From assembly GCA_964399135.1 (NCBI GenBank), contig CAYNPL010000008.1, positions 39,721 to 103,720 on the forward strand: DNA of 64,000 bases, written 5' to 3'. Each line of letters begins with the position of its first letter. Position 1 is the stretch's first letter. This document shows positions 31,133-42,100 of this stretch, piece after piece. The position numbers and the translations under genes are program-made. The stretch is from an uncultured Gaiellales bacterium. Its GTDB lineage: Bacteria; Actinomycetota; Thermoleophilia; RBG-16-64-13. The notes below the pieces were generated by a model. The model was not told where the DNA came from, ran no database searches, and was given only the letters and a program-made list of their open reading frames with translations.

Positions 31133-32553
31133 GCTTGCTCGTCAGCCGGGGCGGCGTCAGCCGGCTCCACCGCTGCTTCGACCTCGGCCTTCTCGGCAGC
31201 GGCCTCGGCAGCCGCCACGGCGGCCTTGGCCTCGGCCACTGCCGCCGCCCCCAACGTGGCCTCCACCGCATTGGCCGCTATGAAGTCGGCCGCCTTGTCC
31301 CGCACGATCTGCCACCTGAAGGTCTCGATCCGACCCGATCTGCGCAACTGCTCTTCCAACTTCTGGGGGTCCATCCGGCCGGCTGCGGCCATCTGGCCGA
31401 CCATGGCACGGACCTCTTCGTCACTGGCCGTCAGCCCTTCGGCTTTAGCCACCGCATCGAGGACCAGACCGGTCTTCACGTTGTTCGCCGCCTGCGGTTT
31501 CATATCCTCGATGATCCGCTCCACTGTGGTCCCGGTGGCTTCGAGATAGGCATCGAACGACGCACCCTGAGACTCCAGCGACCGCTTGAAGTCGCTCACC
31601 ATCTCTTCGGCCTGCTCGCGTACCACCACGTCGGGGAGGTCGAGAGTGGCGTTGTCGGCAGCCGCCTTGACGGCCAGCGAGCGGAAGCGTTGGTCGGCGG
31701 CATAGGCCTTGCCGGCCTGGATCTTGTTACGGATCTCCATGCGCAGCTCGAGCAGCGTGGCGAACTCGCTGACCTCGGACGCCCACTGATCGGTGAGCGG
31801 CGGCAGCACCTTCTCTTTGATCTCCTTCACGGTCAAGGTGAAGTCGACGGTCTTTCCGGCGACCCCCTCGAGCGGGAATCCCTCGGGCAGCGGCAGCGCC
31901 ACCGTGCGCTCCTCCCCAACGGTCATGCCCACCACCTGCTCCTCGACCTCGGGGAAGATGCGGCCGGCCCCCACCTCGAACACGTAGTCGGAAGCGTCCA
32001 GGCCCTCCACGGGTTCGCCCTCGAGCACGGCCCGGAAGTCGGCGGTGACGTAATCGCCCTGTTGGACTGTCCGGTCTTCGACCGGCCGCAACTCGGCGAA
32101 CTCCTCGCGCAGGCGGTCCATCTGAGCGTCGACCTCTTCATCGAGCACCTCGACGGGGTCCTTGGGCACCTGCATGCCTCTGTACTCTCCCAGTTCAACC
32201 TCGGGCATCACCGTGACCGAGGCGGTGAACCCTAGAGGTCCGCCCAGCGCCGGAGGCTCGTCTCCCACCAGATCGATCTGCGGACGGTCGACCGGGTCGA
32301 GGCCCAGTCGGAGCGCAGCCGTCGCGAACCAGCCTCCCATCGCTTCCTCGATGGCATCCACCAGGATGGCTTCTTCGCCCAAGCGTTGCCGCACCATGGC
32401 CAGCGGCACCTTGCCCTGCCGGAAACCAGGGATGCGCACCTCTTTCGCGAGTTGCTTCAGGCGGCTGTCGAACGCCTCCTGGAGTTCCTCCTGGGAGACT
32501 TCGACCGTGAACTTGGCCGTGTTCCCTTCGCGCTCGTCGAGGGTCGTCTTCAC
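31129..32553 (-). CDS. tig: trigger factor
   Basis: Ribosome-binding N domain with GFRQGKVP motif, FKBP-like PPIase domain, Ala/Glu-rich C-terminal tail. Confidence 0.9.
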   Translation of the reverse strand: MKTTLDEREGNTAKFTVEVSQEELQEAFDSRLKQLAKEVRIPGFRQGKVPLAMVRQRLGEEAILVDAIEEAMGGWFATAALRLGLDPVDRPQIDLVGDEPPALGGPLGFTASVTVMPEVELGEYRGMQVPKDPVEVLDEEVDAQMDRLREEFAELRPVEDRTVQQGDYVTADFRAVLEGEPVEGLDASDYVFEVGAGRIFPEVEEQVVGMTVGEERTVALPLPEGFPLEGVAGKTVDFTLTVKEIKEKVLPPLTDQWASEVSEFATLLELRMEIRNKIQAGKAYAADQRFRSLAVKAAADNATLDLPDVVVREQAEEMVSDFKRSLESQGASFDAYLEATGTTVERIIEDMKPQAANNVKTGLVLDAVAKAEGLTASDEEVRAMVGQMAAAGRMDPQKLEEQLRRSGRIETFRWQIVRDKAADFIAANAVEATLGAAAVAEAKAAVAAAEAAAEKAEVEAAVEPADAAPADEQA

Positions 32554-32592
32554 ATCGATCCTTTCTTCAGTTCTGCGACAGGGCTACCCGAG

Positions 32593-32672
32593 TGCGGGTG
32601 AGAGGACTCGAACCTCCACGTCAAAGACACATGATCCTAAATCATGCGCGTCTGCCATTCCGCCACACCCGC
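32593..32672 (-). tRNA. tRNA-Leu (anticodon TAG), type II with long variable arm
   Basis: Hand-folded. Acceptor GCGGGTG/CACCCGC, anticodon stem CATGA/TCATG with loop TTTAGGA, 13-nt variable arm, T-loop TTCGAGT. Ends may be off by a few nt. Confidence 0.75.
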
Positions 32673-32692
32673 CAACCATCGCGTCTCCCAAG

Positions 32693-32767
32693 GGGTGAAC
32701 GACGGGACTTGAACCCGCGACCGCTGGGGCCACAACCCAGTGCTCTGCCAACTGAGCTACGTTCACC
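32693..32767 (-). tRNA. tRNA-His (anticodon GTG) with encoded G-1
   Basis: G-1 paired to C73, acceptor GTGAACG/CGTTCAC, anticodon loop TTGTGGC, T-loop TTCAAGT. Confidence 0.8.
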
Positions 32768-32806
32768 ACGACCACCCATCACCGGTGCCTCGCACCAGGC
32801 CGAAGG

Positions 32807-32880
<74 letters not shown>

Positions 32881-32921
32881 TCGGGCCCAAAGCGGCCGCC
32901 GCGGCCCGCGGCCGGCGAGAG

Positions 32922-32994
32922 AGCGGGCGACGGGGATCGAACCCGCGACATTCAGCTTGGAAGGCTGACGCTCTGCCAACTGAGCTACACCCGC
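32922..32994 (-). tRNA. tRNA-Gly (anticodon TCC)
   Basis: Acceptor GCGGGTG/CGCCCGC (one G:U), anticodon stem TCAGC/GCTGA with loop CTTCCAA, T-loop TTCGATC. Confidence 0.8.
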
Positions 32995-33025
32995 CTGTTC
33001 GAGCCTGCTGCCCCGCAACGGACCA

Positions 33026-33102
33026 TGGTCGGGACGAGAGGATTTGAACCTCCGACCCCCTGCTCCCAAAGCAGGTGCGCTACCAGGCTGCGCCACGTCC
33101 CG
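33026..33102 (-). tRNA. tRNA-Pro (anticodon TGG), CCA encoded
   Basis: Acceptor CGGGACG/CGTCCCG + A + CCA, anticodon stem CCTGC/GCAGG with loop TTTGGGA, T-loop TTCAAAT. Confidence 0.8.
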
Positions 33103-33237
33103 ACAGCCTCCCTCCTTTGGCTTCGGCCGCGAGAGTATAGCGTATCGTCCGATCTCCTGACCCAGAGCGGGGTTCTGCACTACACTGTAGCGGTCGCGAA
33201 CAACACCCCGCCCCGCGGGGCCAACCGAGGAGGGCCT

Positions 33238-34173
33238 GTGAAGATCCTGGTCACCGGAGGAGCCGGCTTCATCGCCTCGCATGTGAGCGATCACCTGCTG
33301 GCAGCGGGCCACGAGGTGGCCATCGTCGACAACCTGGTCACCGGCAAGCGCGAGAACCTCCCCTCAGGCGCCGCCTTCCACGAGGTTGACATCCGCGCCG
33401 AAGCCCTCGGCCGGGTGTTCGCGGGGGAAAAGCCGGACGCGGTGATCCACCATGCCGCCCACATCAACGTCACCGCCTCGGTGCGGGAACCGGCCTACGA
33501 CGCCTCCGTGAACATCTTGGGTTCGCTCAACCTCCTGGAGTGTTGTCGCGAGCACGGGGTGGGCAGATTCATCTATGCCGGCACCGGGGGCGCTCTATTC
33601 GGGGAAGCCAAGTACCTGCCCGTGGACGAGGACCATCCCATCGAACCGCTCTCCCCCTATGGCGTGAGCAAGCATACAGTGGAGCACTACCTCTTCGCCT
33701 ACCACTACAACCACGGCATCGAATACACCGTCCTCCGCTACCCCAACGTCTACGGCCCCCGGCAGGACCCTCACGGAGAAGCCGGGGTGGTGGCCATCTT
33801 CGCGCTGGCTCTTTTGAGTGGACAGCCGTGTACGATATTCGGCGACGGCAGCAAGACCCGGGACTACTGCTACGTCGCCGACATCGCCGAAGCCAACCTG
33901 GCCGCCCTTAACAGCCCGCTCAGCGGTGTCTACAATCTGGGACGGGGCATCGAAGTGAGCGACCGGCAGATCTTCGAAGCGGTCCGCGCTGCCGTGGGCG
34001 TGAACGACGAGCCCCGCTACGCTCCCGTCCGTCCGGGAGAGGTCGCACACATAGCTCTGGACGCCTCCAAGGCCGCGCGGGAGTTGGGATGGACATGGAA
34101 AGTCGACCTGGCCGACGGGGTGGCCAGGGCAGTCGAGTTCTACCGGGCACAGACCGAGAGGAAGCAACCATGA
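33238..34173 (+). CDS. NAD-dependent epimerase/dehydratase (UDP-glucose 4-epimerase-like). GTG start after a GGAGG RBS.
   Basis: VKILVTGGAGFIASHV (GxxGxxG Rossmann), YxxxK (PYGVSKH). The first 166 codons of the ORF-track ORF run through the tRNA array and are discarded. Confidence 0.8.
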   Translation: MKILVTGGAGFIASHVSDHLLAAGHEVAIVDNLVTGKRENLPSGAAFHEVDIRAEALGRVFAGEKPDAVIHHAAHINVTASVREPAYDASVNILGSLNLLECCREHGVGRFIYAGTGGALFGEAKYLPVDEDHPIEPLSPYGVSKHTVEHYLFAYHYNHGIEYTVLRYPNVYGPRQDPHGEAGVVAIFALALLSGQPCTIFGDGSKTRDYCYVADIAEANLAALNSPLSGVYNLGRGIEVSDRQIFEAVRAAVGVNDEPRYAPVRPGEVAHIALDASKAARELGWTWKVDLADGVARAVEFYRAQTERKQP

Positions 34174-34772
34174 GCAAGCGAGAGCGCCGCGACAGTGATC
34201 GCCGCGACTACGACCGCCGCGACTACGACCGCCGCGACAGCCAGCCCGACGACGAGCAGCAGCGCCGCGTGGGTGAAGGCGACCTGCAGGAGAGCGACTC
34301 CCTGACCGCACTCAAGGCCATCCTCTCCAAGGTGGCCGCCCTGCTCAGACCGCTCCAGCTCACCTCCGAAGAGGCCATCGGCTTGGTGGAGCGACTCTAC
34401 GGCAGTGTCCTCGACACCGACATGAAGCTGGCCGGGGAGGCGGACGACACCCGCAAGTCCTCAGTACTCGCCCACATCCAGAACACCGACATCCGCCGGG
34501 AGGGCGGCAGGCTGGTGGTGGAGTATCCGGCGCCGGAAGCGCTGGCCACACCGGCTGCGCCGCCGGCTGAGACCGACGGAGCGCCGGCGGCCGAACTGCC
34601 GACCGGCTCCGAGCCGCGCCGGCCCCGGGAGGCCTCCAGAGCCCCGCAGGCGCCCCGAGCCGCGTCTCCATCCGCTGTTGAGCGCGCGCGGCCGGCCGCG
34701 GAGACAGCCACAGACGCCGCAGCAGCGGCCGCGGACGAGCAGCCGGAGACCGGAGAGGCCCCCGCCCTCTAG
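34170..34772 (+). CDS. hypothetical protein with an RD/RDY-repeat N-terminus and an Ala/Pro-rich acidic tail
   Basis: MSKRERRDSDRRDYDRRDYDRRDSQPDDEQQRR... then a short predicted helical core (LTALKAILSKVAALLRPLQLTSEEAIGLVERLYG). Its ATG overlaps the epimerase stop (ATGA). No family recognised. Confidence 0.45.
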   Translation: MSKRERRDSDRRDYDRRDYDRRDSQPDDEQQRRVGEGDLQESDSLTALKAILSKVAALLRPLQLTSEEAIGLVERLYGSVLDTDMKLAGEADDTRKSSVLAHIQNTDIRREGGRLVVEYPAPEALATPAAPPAETDGAPAAELPTGSEPRRPREASRAPQAPRAASPSAVERARPAAETATDAAAAAADEQPETGEAPAL

Positions 34773-34775
34773 GCT

Positions 34776-35696
34776 TCAGCCTTCGTCGAAGTAGGTCAAA
34801 CGCCTGAAGCGCTGGAAGCGCTCGCCGACTTCGGCCCTGGTCAGCCGCAGCAGCCGGTCGACACTGAAATCCTCCACCGCGAACGAGGCCAGGGTGCTCC
34901 CGTAGATGATGGCCCGGGCCAGAGCCGCGTCGGTGACTTCCGTGCAGGCCGCCAACGACCCCAGAAAGCCCCCGGCGAACGTGTCGCCGGCGCCGGTGGG
35001 GTCGAACACGTCTTCCAGCGGCATGGCTGGGGCGGCGAAGAACTCCCCGTCGCCCGAGGCGTTCATGAGCACGCCGTGCTCGCCCCTCTTTATCACCACC
35101 GTGCAGGGTCCCATGGACCGCAGGACCCGGGCCGCCTTGACCAGGTTGGCCTGTCGCGATAGCTCCCTCGCCTCGGAGTCGTTGATGATCAGGATATCCA
35201 CCCGCTCGAGGACTTGGCGCAACTCGTCCGGAGTGCCCTCGATCCAATAGTTCATCGTGTCGGCCGCGACCAGCCGAGGCTGCTCCACCTGGTCCAGGAC
35301 CTCCAGCTGCAGCCGGGGATGGATGTTGCCCAGGAACACGAACGGCGACGCACGGTACTGCTGCGGGATGACAGGCCGGAAGTGCTCGAAGACGTTCAGC
35401 TTGGTGTAGATGCTCTCCCGCTGGTTGAGATCGAACCCGTACTCGCCTTTCCAGCGGAAGGTCTCGCCGGGGACCGTCTGCAGACCGGCCAGGTCGATGG
35501 AGCGGCCACCAAACACCTGCGCTCCCCGGTCGGCGAAGTCCTCGCCGACCACCGCCACCAGCCTCACCTCGGTGAAGAACGACGCGGCTATGGAGAAGTA
35601 GGTGGCGGAACCCCCCACCACCCGCGCGGCTTCCCCGAACGGGCTCTTGATGGTGTCGAACGCTACCGAGCCGACCGCGAGAATGGGGTTCATCAC
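34776..35696 (-). CDS. PfkB-family carbohydrate/nucleoside kinase
   Basis: Ribokinase-like fold with C-terminal DPTGAGDTFAGGF anion-hole motif. Confidence 0.8.
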   Translation of the reverse strand: MMNPILAVGSVAFDTIKSPFGEAARVVGGSATYFSIAASFFTEVRLVAVVGEDFADRGAQVFGGRSIDLAGLQTVPGETFRWKGEYGFDLNQRESIYTKLNVFEHFRPVIPQQYRASPFVFLGNIHPRLQLEVLDQVEQPRLVAADTMNYWIEGTPDELRQVLERVDILIINDSEARELSRQANLVKAARVLRSMGPCTVVIKRGEHGVLMNASGDGEFFAAPAMPLEDVFDPTGAGDTFAGGFLGSLAACTEVTDAALARAIIYGSTLASFAVEDFSVDRLLRLTRAEVGERFQRFRRLTYFDEG

Positions 35697-35700
35697 TGCC

Positions 35701-36560
<860 letters not shown>

Positions 36561-36564
<4 letters not shown>

Positions 36565-36953
36565 GATCCTCCTTCAGCGGCGGCCTCCGGCGAGGCCTCT
36601 CCCTCTTCCGCGGCGCCGGCCGGCGTGAGCGCCGCCACGTACGCCAACTGCAATTGCGACAGCACCGCCCTGTGGGCCGTGATCTCGGCCGGCGGCCGCG
36701 TGCCCTCGATCACTCCCACCAGGGCCCTGAACGCATCGATGGCAAGACGGGCCTGATCCGGGTCCTTTCGTCCGGCGGTCTCCTCCGTGAGCCCCAGCCG
36801 GTTCATGGCCAGCGCCGAGAGCGACTGCATCATGAGCAGCAGATGATCGGCGACGGTGAGCCGTTCGATCTCGGCCTGGAGACGCCGTACAGCCTCCTCC
36901 TGCTCGTCCACCTGGCTCTCAGTCCCGGGGACGGCCTCCTCTTCCTCTGCCAC
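36561..36953 (-). CDS. DUF1844-like small acidic protein (GTG start after GGAAGGAGG)
   Basis: Only the C-terminal 130 aa of ORF 36561..37319 look protein-like (AEEEEAVPGTESQVDEQEEAVRRLQAEIERLTVADHLLLMMQSLSALAMNRLGL...). The upstream part is Gly/Val low-complexity shadow. Confidence 0.5.
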
Positions 36954-37043
36954 GAGTGCCCACCTCCTTCCCAGTCCGTGCTGTCCGGTGCGAAGTCCTT
37001 TGGACGTTACCACAGGTTGCGCGCTGTTAGAATGTGAGGGCGC

Positions 37044-37736
37044 GTGACCAGAACCGACCTGGAGGAGTCGAGAACGAGCGTGAACCTGAGTCCACAGGTG
37101 CGCGATGCCGATGCTCATCTCGTCCAGCGCGCCCGTGAGGGCGACACCGACGCCCTGACCGACCTCTACCGCCGCCACGAACGCCGGGCCTACAACCTGG
37201 CTCTCCGCACCCTCGGCAATCCCTGGGATGCCGCCGACGTCACCCAAGAGGCCTTCATCAAGGCCTTCCGCAATCTGGATTCCTTCAAAGGCGACGCCCG
37301 CTTCAGCACCTGGCTGCACCGCATCGTGGTCAACGCAGCCTACGACGTCCTCCGGCGCAGGCGGGCCGACCCCATGGACGGCGACATACTGGAGGACATC
37401 TCCGGGCCTTCCGGCGGCGCCGAGATCGTGGGGTCCGGCCGGGAGGGCATCGACCCAGCCCTGGACGGCCTGAGCGACCCCCTCCGGGACGCGCTCATGA
37501 GCCTGAACGAGGGCTTCCGCTTCGCCGTGGTCCTCTGCGATCTGCTGGGATTCCCTTACAACGAGGCGGCGGAGATCCTCGGCGTGCAGGAGGGGACCAT
37601 CAAGTCGCGCATCTTCCGAGCCCGAGAGGCGCTGGCGGCCGCTCTCATCGAGGCGGGATACGAGGTCCCCGGGGGGCGGAACCCGGGCGCGGAGGGCGCC
37701 GTCACACCGCAGGGCACAACGAGGGAAGAACGATGA
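37044..37736 (+). CDS. ECF (group IV) RNA polymerase sigma factor
   Basis: Sigma-70 region 2 (DLYRRHERRAYNLALRTLGNPWDAADVTQEAFIKAFR) and region 4 HTH (FRFAVVLCDLLGFPYNEAAEILGVQEGTIKSRIFRAR). A TGTTAGAAT extended -10 lies 8 nt upstream of the GTG. Confidence 0.85.
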   Translation: MTRTDLEESRTSVNLSPQVRDADAHLVQRAREGDTDALTDLYRRHERRAYNLALRTLGNPWDAADVTQEAFIKAFRNLDSFKGDARFSTWLHRIVVNAAYDVLRRRRADPMDGDILEDISGPSGGAEIVGSGREGIDPALDGLSDPLRDALMSLNEGFRFAVVLCDLLGFPYNEAAEILGVQEGTIKSRIFRAREALAAALIEAGYEVPGGRNPGAEGAVTPQGTTREER

Positions 37737-39007
37737 CCATCAGGGGCGACCAGCACATCGATGAGTGGATGGAGGTAGCTGTCGACTACCTCGACGGCCG
37801 GGTGGACGCGGCTACCAAGGCGGCTGTGGAAGAACACCTGGTCGCATGCCCAAAGTGTGCCGAACGGCTCCGCAGCCAGCAAACGGCCGTCCATGTCCTG
37901 CAGGACGCCCTCCTCTACGACCCGCCTGAAGACCTGGAGTATCGGACCCTAGGCGAGCTGGTCTTCCCCTCTCCCGGGGGCAAACCCGTCTACGAGCCTT
38001 CCGGTCCGGCCGAGCTTCCCCGCGGGTCCCGGCTGGCGCGCAGGCTGCGGCCCTGGGTCCCCGTGGGCGTAGCTGTGGCGGCCCTTCTGATGGCGGTGGT
38101 GGGATACGGCATCGTCCGTTCCGGCGCCGACCAGGCCGTCACCGGTGCGGATGTCGCCGGGACCTTCAGCACTGAGGCGAAAGCCACCGACACCCCCGAG
38201 GCGCGCACCGACGGCCTGTCGGCTGTGCCGTCGACGACCACGGCGGAGGGAGCGGCCACCAGCGTCGCCGAGACGGCCCCCTCCACCACCGCCGCGGTGA
38301 CCGCCGTCGCCATGACCGCCGACCGCAAGAAGATGATCAAGGAGCTGGAGAGCGCTCAGGCGCCCACGTATGTGGCCTTCATGGCGCAGGAGGCGACCGT
38401 GCCCAGCGACAGCCAGGCCACACAGACCACGGGCACGCCGGATACCACCGCCCCGGCCACCGGCACCGAGACCACCAGCGCGGGAGGCACGGAAAGCACC
38501 GTCACCGAGACCTCCGCCGCCGGCTCCGGCGCCGACACGGCGCCCCGCCTCTCCTTGGCGGTCACTCCAGAGCAGGCGGCCGAAGTGGTCTCGCAGATGG
38601 CCGAGTTCTCCGGTCTGGAGCCCCTCGACGAATCGCTGTGGCTGGACGGCCCCACCTATGCGGTCTATCTGCCCCGCATCGACGCCGAGGAGCTGGTCGA
38701 CCTGGTCCGCTCGATCGGAGCCTCGATCGGCCTGCTGGTCGTCATGAGGGACGGCCCTCCCGGATATGCGATGAAAGCGGTGGCCAAGCTCATGGAACAC
38801 AAGAAGTTCTTCCCCATCCTAGAGGCGGCGCGGGCGCCCCAGCCCGCAACCTGGGGGTTCTCCTTCACCACCTCCACCCTGGTGGATGCTTCCGGAGCTC
38901 CTGCCGGTGGAACGGGGACCGGGGAGACCTCCAGCACCACGCTCCCCGACCAGAGCGGCGACCACGTCCTGCTCGTGATCTACGTACAGCGAGGCGCTGA
39001 GCAGTAG
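37733..39007 (+). CDS. ZAS-type (zf-HC2) anti-sigma factor with one TM helix and a Thr/Ala/Ser-rich extracytoplasmic domain
   Basis: HLVACPKCAERL = HxxxCxxC zinc anti-sigma motif, TM helix (WVPVGVAVAALLMAVVGYGIV), long T/A/S-rich region. Start overlaps the sigma stop (ATGA). Confidence 0.75.
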   Translation: MTIRGDQHIDEWMEVAVDYLDGRVDAATKAAVEEHLVACPKCAERLRSQQTAVHVLQDALLYDPPEDLEYRTLGELVFPSPGGKPVYEPSGPAELPRGSRLARRLRPWVPVGVAVAALLMAVVGYGIVRSGADQAVTGADVAGTFSTEAKATDTPEARTDGLSAVPSTTTAEGAATSVAETAPSTTAAVTAVAMTADRKKMIKELESAQAPTYVAFMAQEATVPSDSQATQTTGTPDTTAPATGTETTSAGGTESTVTETSAAGSGADTAPRLSLAVTPEQAAEVVSQMAEFSGLEPLDESLWLDGPTYAVYLPRIDAEELVDLVRSIGASIGLLVVMRDGPPGYAMKAVAKLMEHKKFFPILEAARAPQPATWGFSFTTSTLVDASGAPAGGTGTGETSSTTLPDQSGDHVLLVIYVQRGAEQ

Positions 39008-39068
39008 GACGGCCGACCCTGGGCGCGCCGGACCCACAGCGCGTGACCCAGATGGTATGGAGGAGACA

Positions 39069-39145
39069 TGGTCGGGGTGCCGGGATTTGAACCCGGGACC
39101 TCATCGTCCCGAACGATGCGCGCTACCAGGCTGCGCTACACCCCG
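39069..39145 (-). tRNA. tRNA-Pro (anticodon CGG), CCA encoded
   Basis: Acceptor CGGGGTG/CACCCCG + A + CCA, anticodon stem CATCG/CGATG with loop TTCGGGA. Near-identical architecture to the tRNA-Pro(TGG) at 33026. Confidence 0.8.
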
Positions 39146-39193
39146 CCGTGACCGCCGTCGACTGCCCGCAGGTCGCCTATTGTATACCATCGG

Positions 39194-42100
39194 TCAGGCC
39201 CAAGCCATCGCCGCGCAGGGCTCGGACACGGGGCAGACCCTGCAGGCTTCGCCCCGCAGCCCGGGGAAACGGCCGCGGCGCAGTCCTTCCAGCGCGGCCT
39301 CGAGCAGGGCTTCCAGCCTTGCGCCATCCGACGTGCCACAGGCGAAGACCACCGGTTGCTCCGGGCGTTCCAGAAAGACTAGGTCCATCTGCACCCGCGA
39401 GGCCCCAGCCCGCAAGGCGGCCAGGCAATAGACATCGGCCTGGAGGTGATAGGCCTCAGCCGCCTGGGCCGGAGTGCGAGCACCGAGAGCGTTGCTCTTG
39501 TAATCGGCGATACGGCGGACCCCCTCCTCCTCCCACACCAGATCCATCAAGCCGGTGACCAGCACTTCGCCCTGCGGGAACATGAAGGGGACCTCCCTCA
39601 GCGCAGTCCCTGGGGCAGCTCGGGCGACACCGGCCCAGGTGGGCGACCGCCAGAAACCGGCGGCAAGCCGCAGGGCCCGCTCCATGGCCTCTCCAGACAG
39701 ACCCACACCGCTCGCGACCGCGGCGACCTGGGCCAGAGGCCGCAACTCCTCGGGCCGCGGGGCCGGGGAAGTGAGGTCCGCCCGCTCCAGGAGGGCATGG
39801 ACCAGCAGCCCCACCTCTCGCCCGGAGCCCGACTCCAGCTCGTCGACCACCGCCTCGGGGTCGGGCGGCTGGCGGCCGTCCTCGTCCGCAGGCTCGAACA
39901 GCGCGGACAGACCCAGCACCCGCTCCAGGTGGAACCGGCGCGGACAGCGGGCGTAGGCGGCAAGCGCCGAGAAGCTCACCTGGCGGACGCCGGCGCCCGG
40001 CTGCGAAGTGTCCAGGAAACAGGGGGCGACCGGGGCCGGGACCGACTTGGGTGACGGTGCACCCTCCGCGAGAGCGGAGGCGAGCTCCGGGCCGGACGGC
40101 GCCACGGCGGTCACCAGGGCATCCACTCCGGGGACGACAAGCGTCTCGCCCGCGGCCGGCAGGGCGCCCAAGCCGAGCGCGGCCACGATGCGGCCTATGC
40201 GGCGGCTTTCCGACCCGCCCCTGCCGGGCCGCGCTCCCACGAGGATGAGCCTCTCCATGGCGCGGGTCATGGCCACGTAGAGCAGGCGGACGTCTTCTTC
40301 GTAGCTGCGTTTCCTGGCCTCTGCCAATATCTCCAGAGCCGGACCCCAGGCCAGATCGCCGTTCTCGTAGTTGTCGCGACCGGAATCCTTGAGAAAAACC
40401 CCCATCCTGCCGTCGTCGGCCACCATGAACTCCCCCGCTCGGTCGCCGGGCACATCGGAGCCCAGCCCGGCCAGGACCACTACCGGGAACTCCAAACCCT
40501 TGGCCTGGTGGACCGACATCACGCGGACCACGTTTTCACCCTCGGCCAGACTGGGGGCGTTGCCCTCCTCGTCGCCCAGATCTTCCATCAACTGCAGGAG
40601 CTCGACGAACCCGGCCAGATCGGGTCCCTGCAATGACTCAAAGTCGTCCGCCATACGCATCAGCTTGCGGACGTTGGCGAATCGCCGTTTGCCCTGGTCT
40701 CCGCTGAGGAGGTAGAGGTCATAGTCGCAGGCACTGACGGCCTCCTCGATGAGCCACGACAGACCGGGCCGACCCAGACGGCGGCGGAGCACCGCCAACT
40801 TCTGCAGGAAGCCACCGAGCGCTTCCTGGTCGGCCGGTTCCAGCGCCGGGACGGAACCTTCCCGCACGACCTCCCACAGCGACATCGCTCCGGGCTTGCG
40901 GGCGGCTCGACCGATCAAGTAGAGACCGTCGTCCGACATCCCCACCAGGGGCGAGCGGAGCACGGTGACCAGCGCCAGGTCATCGTGAGGATTGACGACC
41001 AGCCGCAGCAAAGCACCCAGGTCATAGATCTCATCCTGGGAGTAATAGCCCTTGCCCCGCACGACGTAGACCTCGATCCCCCGGTCGACCAGGGCCTGCT
41101 GATAGAGAGCCACCTGAGTGACGGCCGGCAGAAGGACGACGATGTCGCGCGGATCCCACTCCTCCTCGTCGATCAGGCGCCGGACCCGCTCCCCTACCAG
41201 CTGCGCTTCGGCCGCCTGCATGGGGGCGATGGGCGCGTCCTCCTCGGGGCAGGCCGGCCGTTCGGCGACCAACACTTCCACGGCAGGGGCTGCCGGGCGC
41301 TCCGCCGCCGGTGCCGCTTCGTCCGAGGAACCGGGAGCGGTCGCGGCGCGCCGCCCTCCCCGGTCCGGTTGCAACTGCCTCATCTCTTCGCCGAAGAAGT
41401 CGGGCTGGGAGAAGAGACGGTTGATGAAGGTGAGTATCTCGGGGCGGCTGCGGTAATTGACATCCAAGCGGTGGACCCCATCCGGCATCGCTCTCTGCCG
41501 CCGGCGGAACACCTCTACGTCGGCCCCCCGAAAACGGTAGATGCTCTGTCTTTCGTCTCCGACCATGATCAACCGTTCGGGGGCGAGGCCCTCCAGGATC
41601 GCACACTGGAGCTCGTTGGTGTCCTGGAACTCGTCCACCAGCACCCAGGAGCCCGCGAACGCGGCCGGCGCCGCGCCGCTCTCTGTGCACCGCTCGAGCA
41701 GGGCCCTGGCCCGAAGCTCCAGGTCGGCAAAGTCAAGGAGCCCCCGTTCCTCCTTGAAAGCCGTGTAGCGGCGGTCGAACACCTGCAGCAGGAGGTTGAC
41801 CGCGTCCACCAGGGGACGCAACCGCACTTCGGCCAAGGCCCGCCGGTGCTCGGTCAAGGCCTGCCGCATGGGCTCGAACCACGGCTCCATTGACTTGTAG
41901 GTGCGGCTGGGGAAATGGCCGCAAGAGACCCTAAGCGCCTCCTCTTCCCGCCCTTGATGATCTCTCAGGAAGAAGTCGATACACGAGGCGACTCGGTCCA
42001 GGTCCTTCTGCAGCCCGGAGGACACCGGTCCCTCCCGCTGGGCGGCCGCCAGCGCCGCGCCCGCACGGTCGAGCAGACGGGCTCGGGTTTCGCCGCTGGT

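Noticed and set aside
36954-37043. Second TGTCCGGTG element between the DUF1844 gene and the ECF sigma gene as another PafBC site
   Set aside because: The heptamer matches, but there is no TAnnnT hexamer 8 nt downstream on either strand. The ECF sigma gene instead has its own extended -10 (TGTTAGAAT). Kept only as a note.
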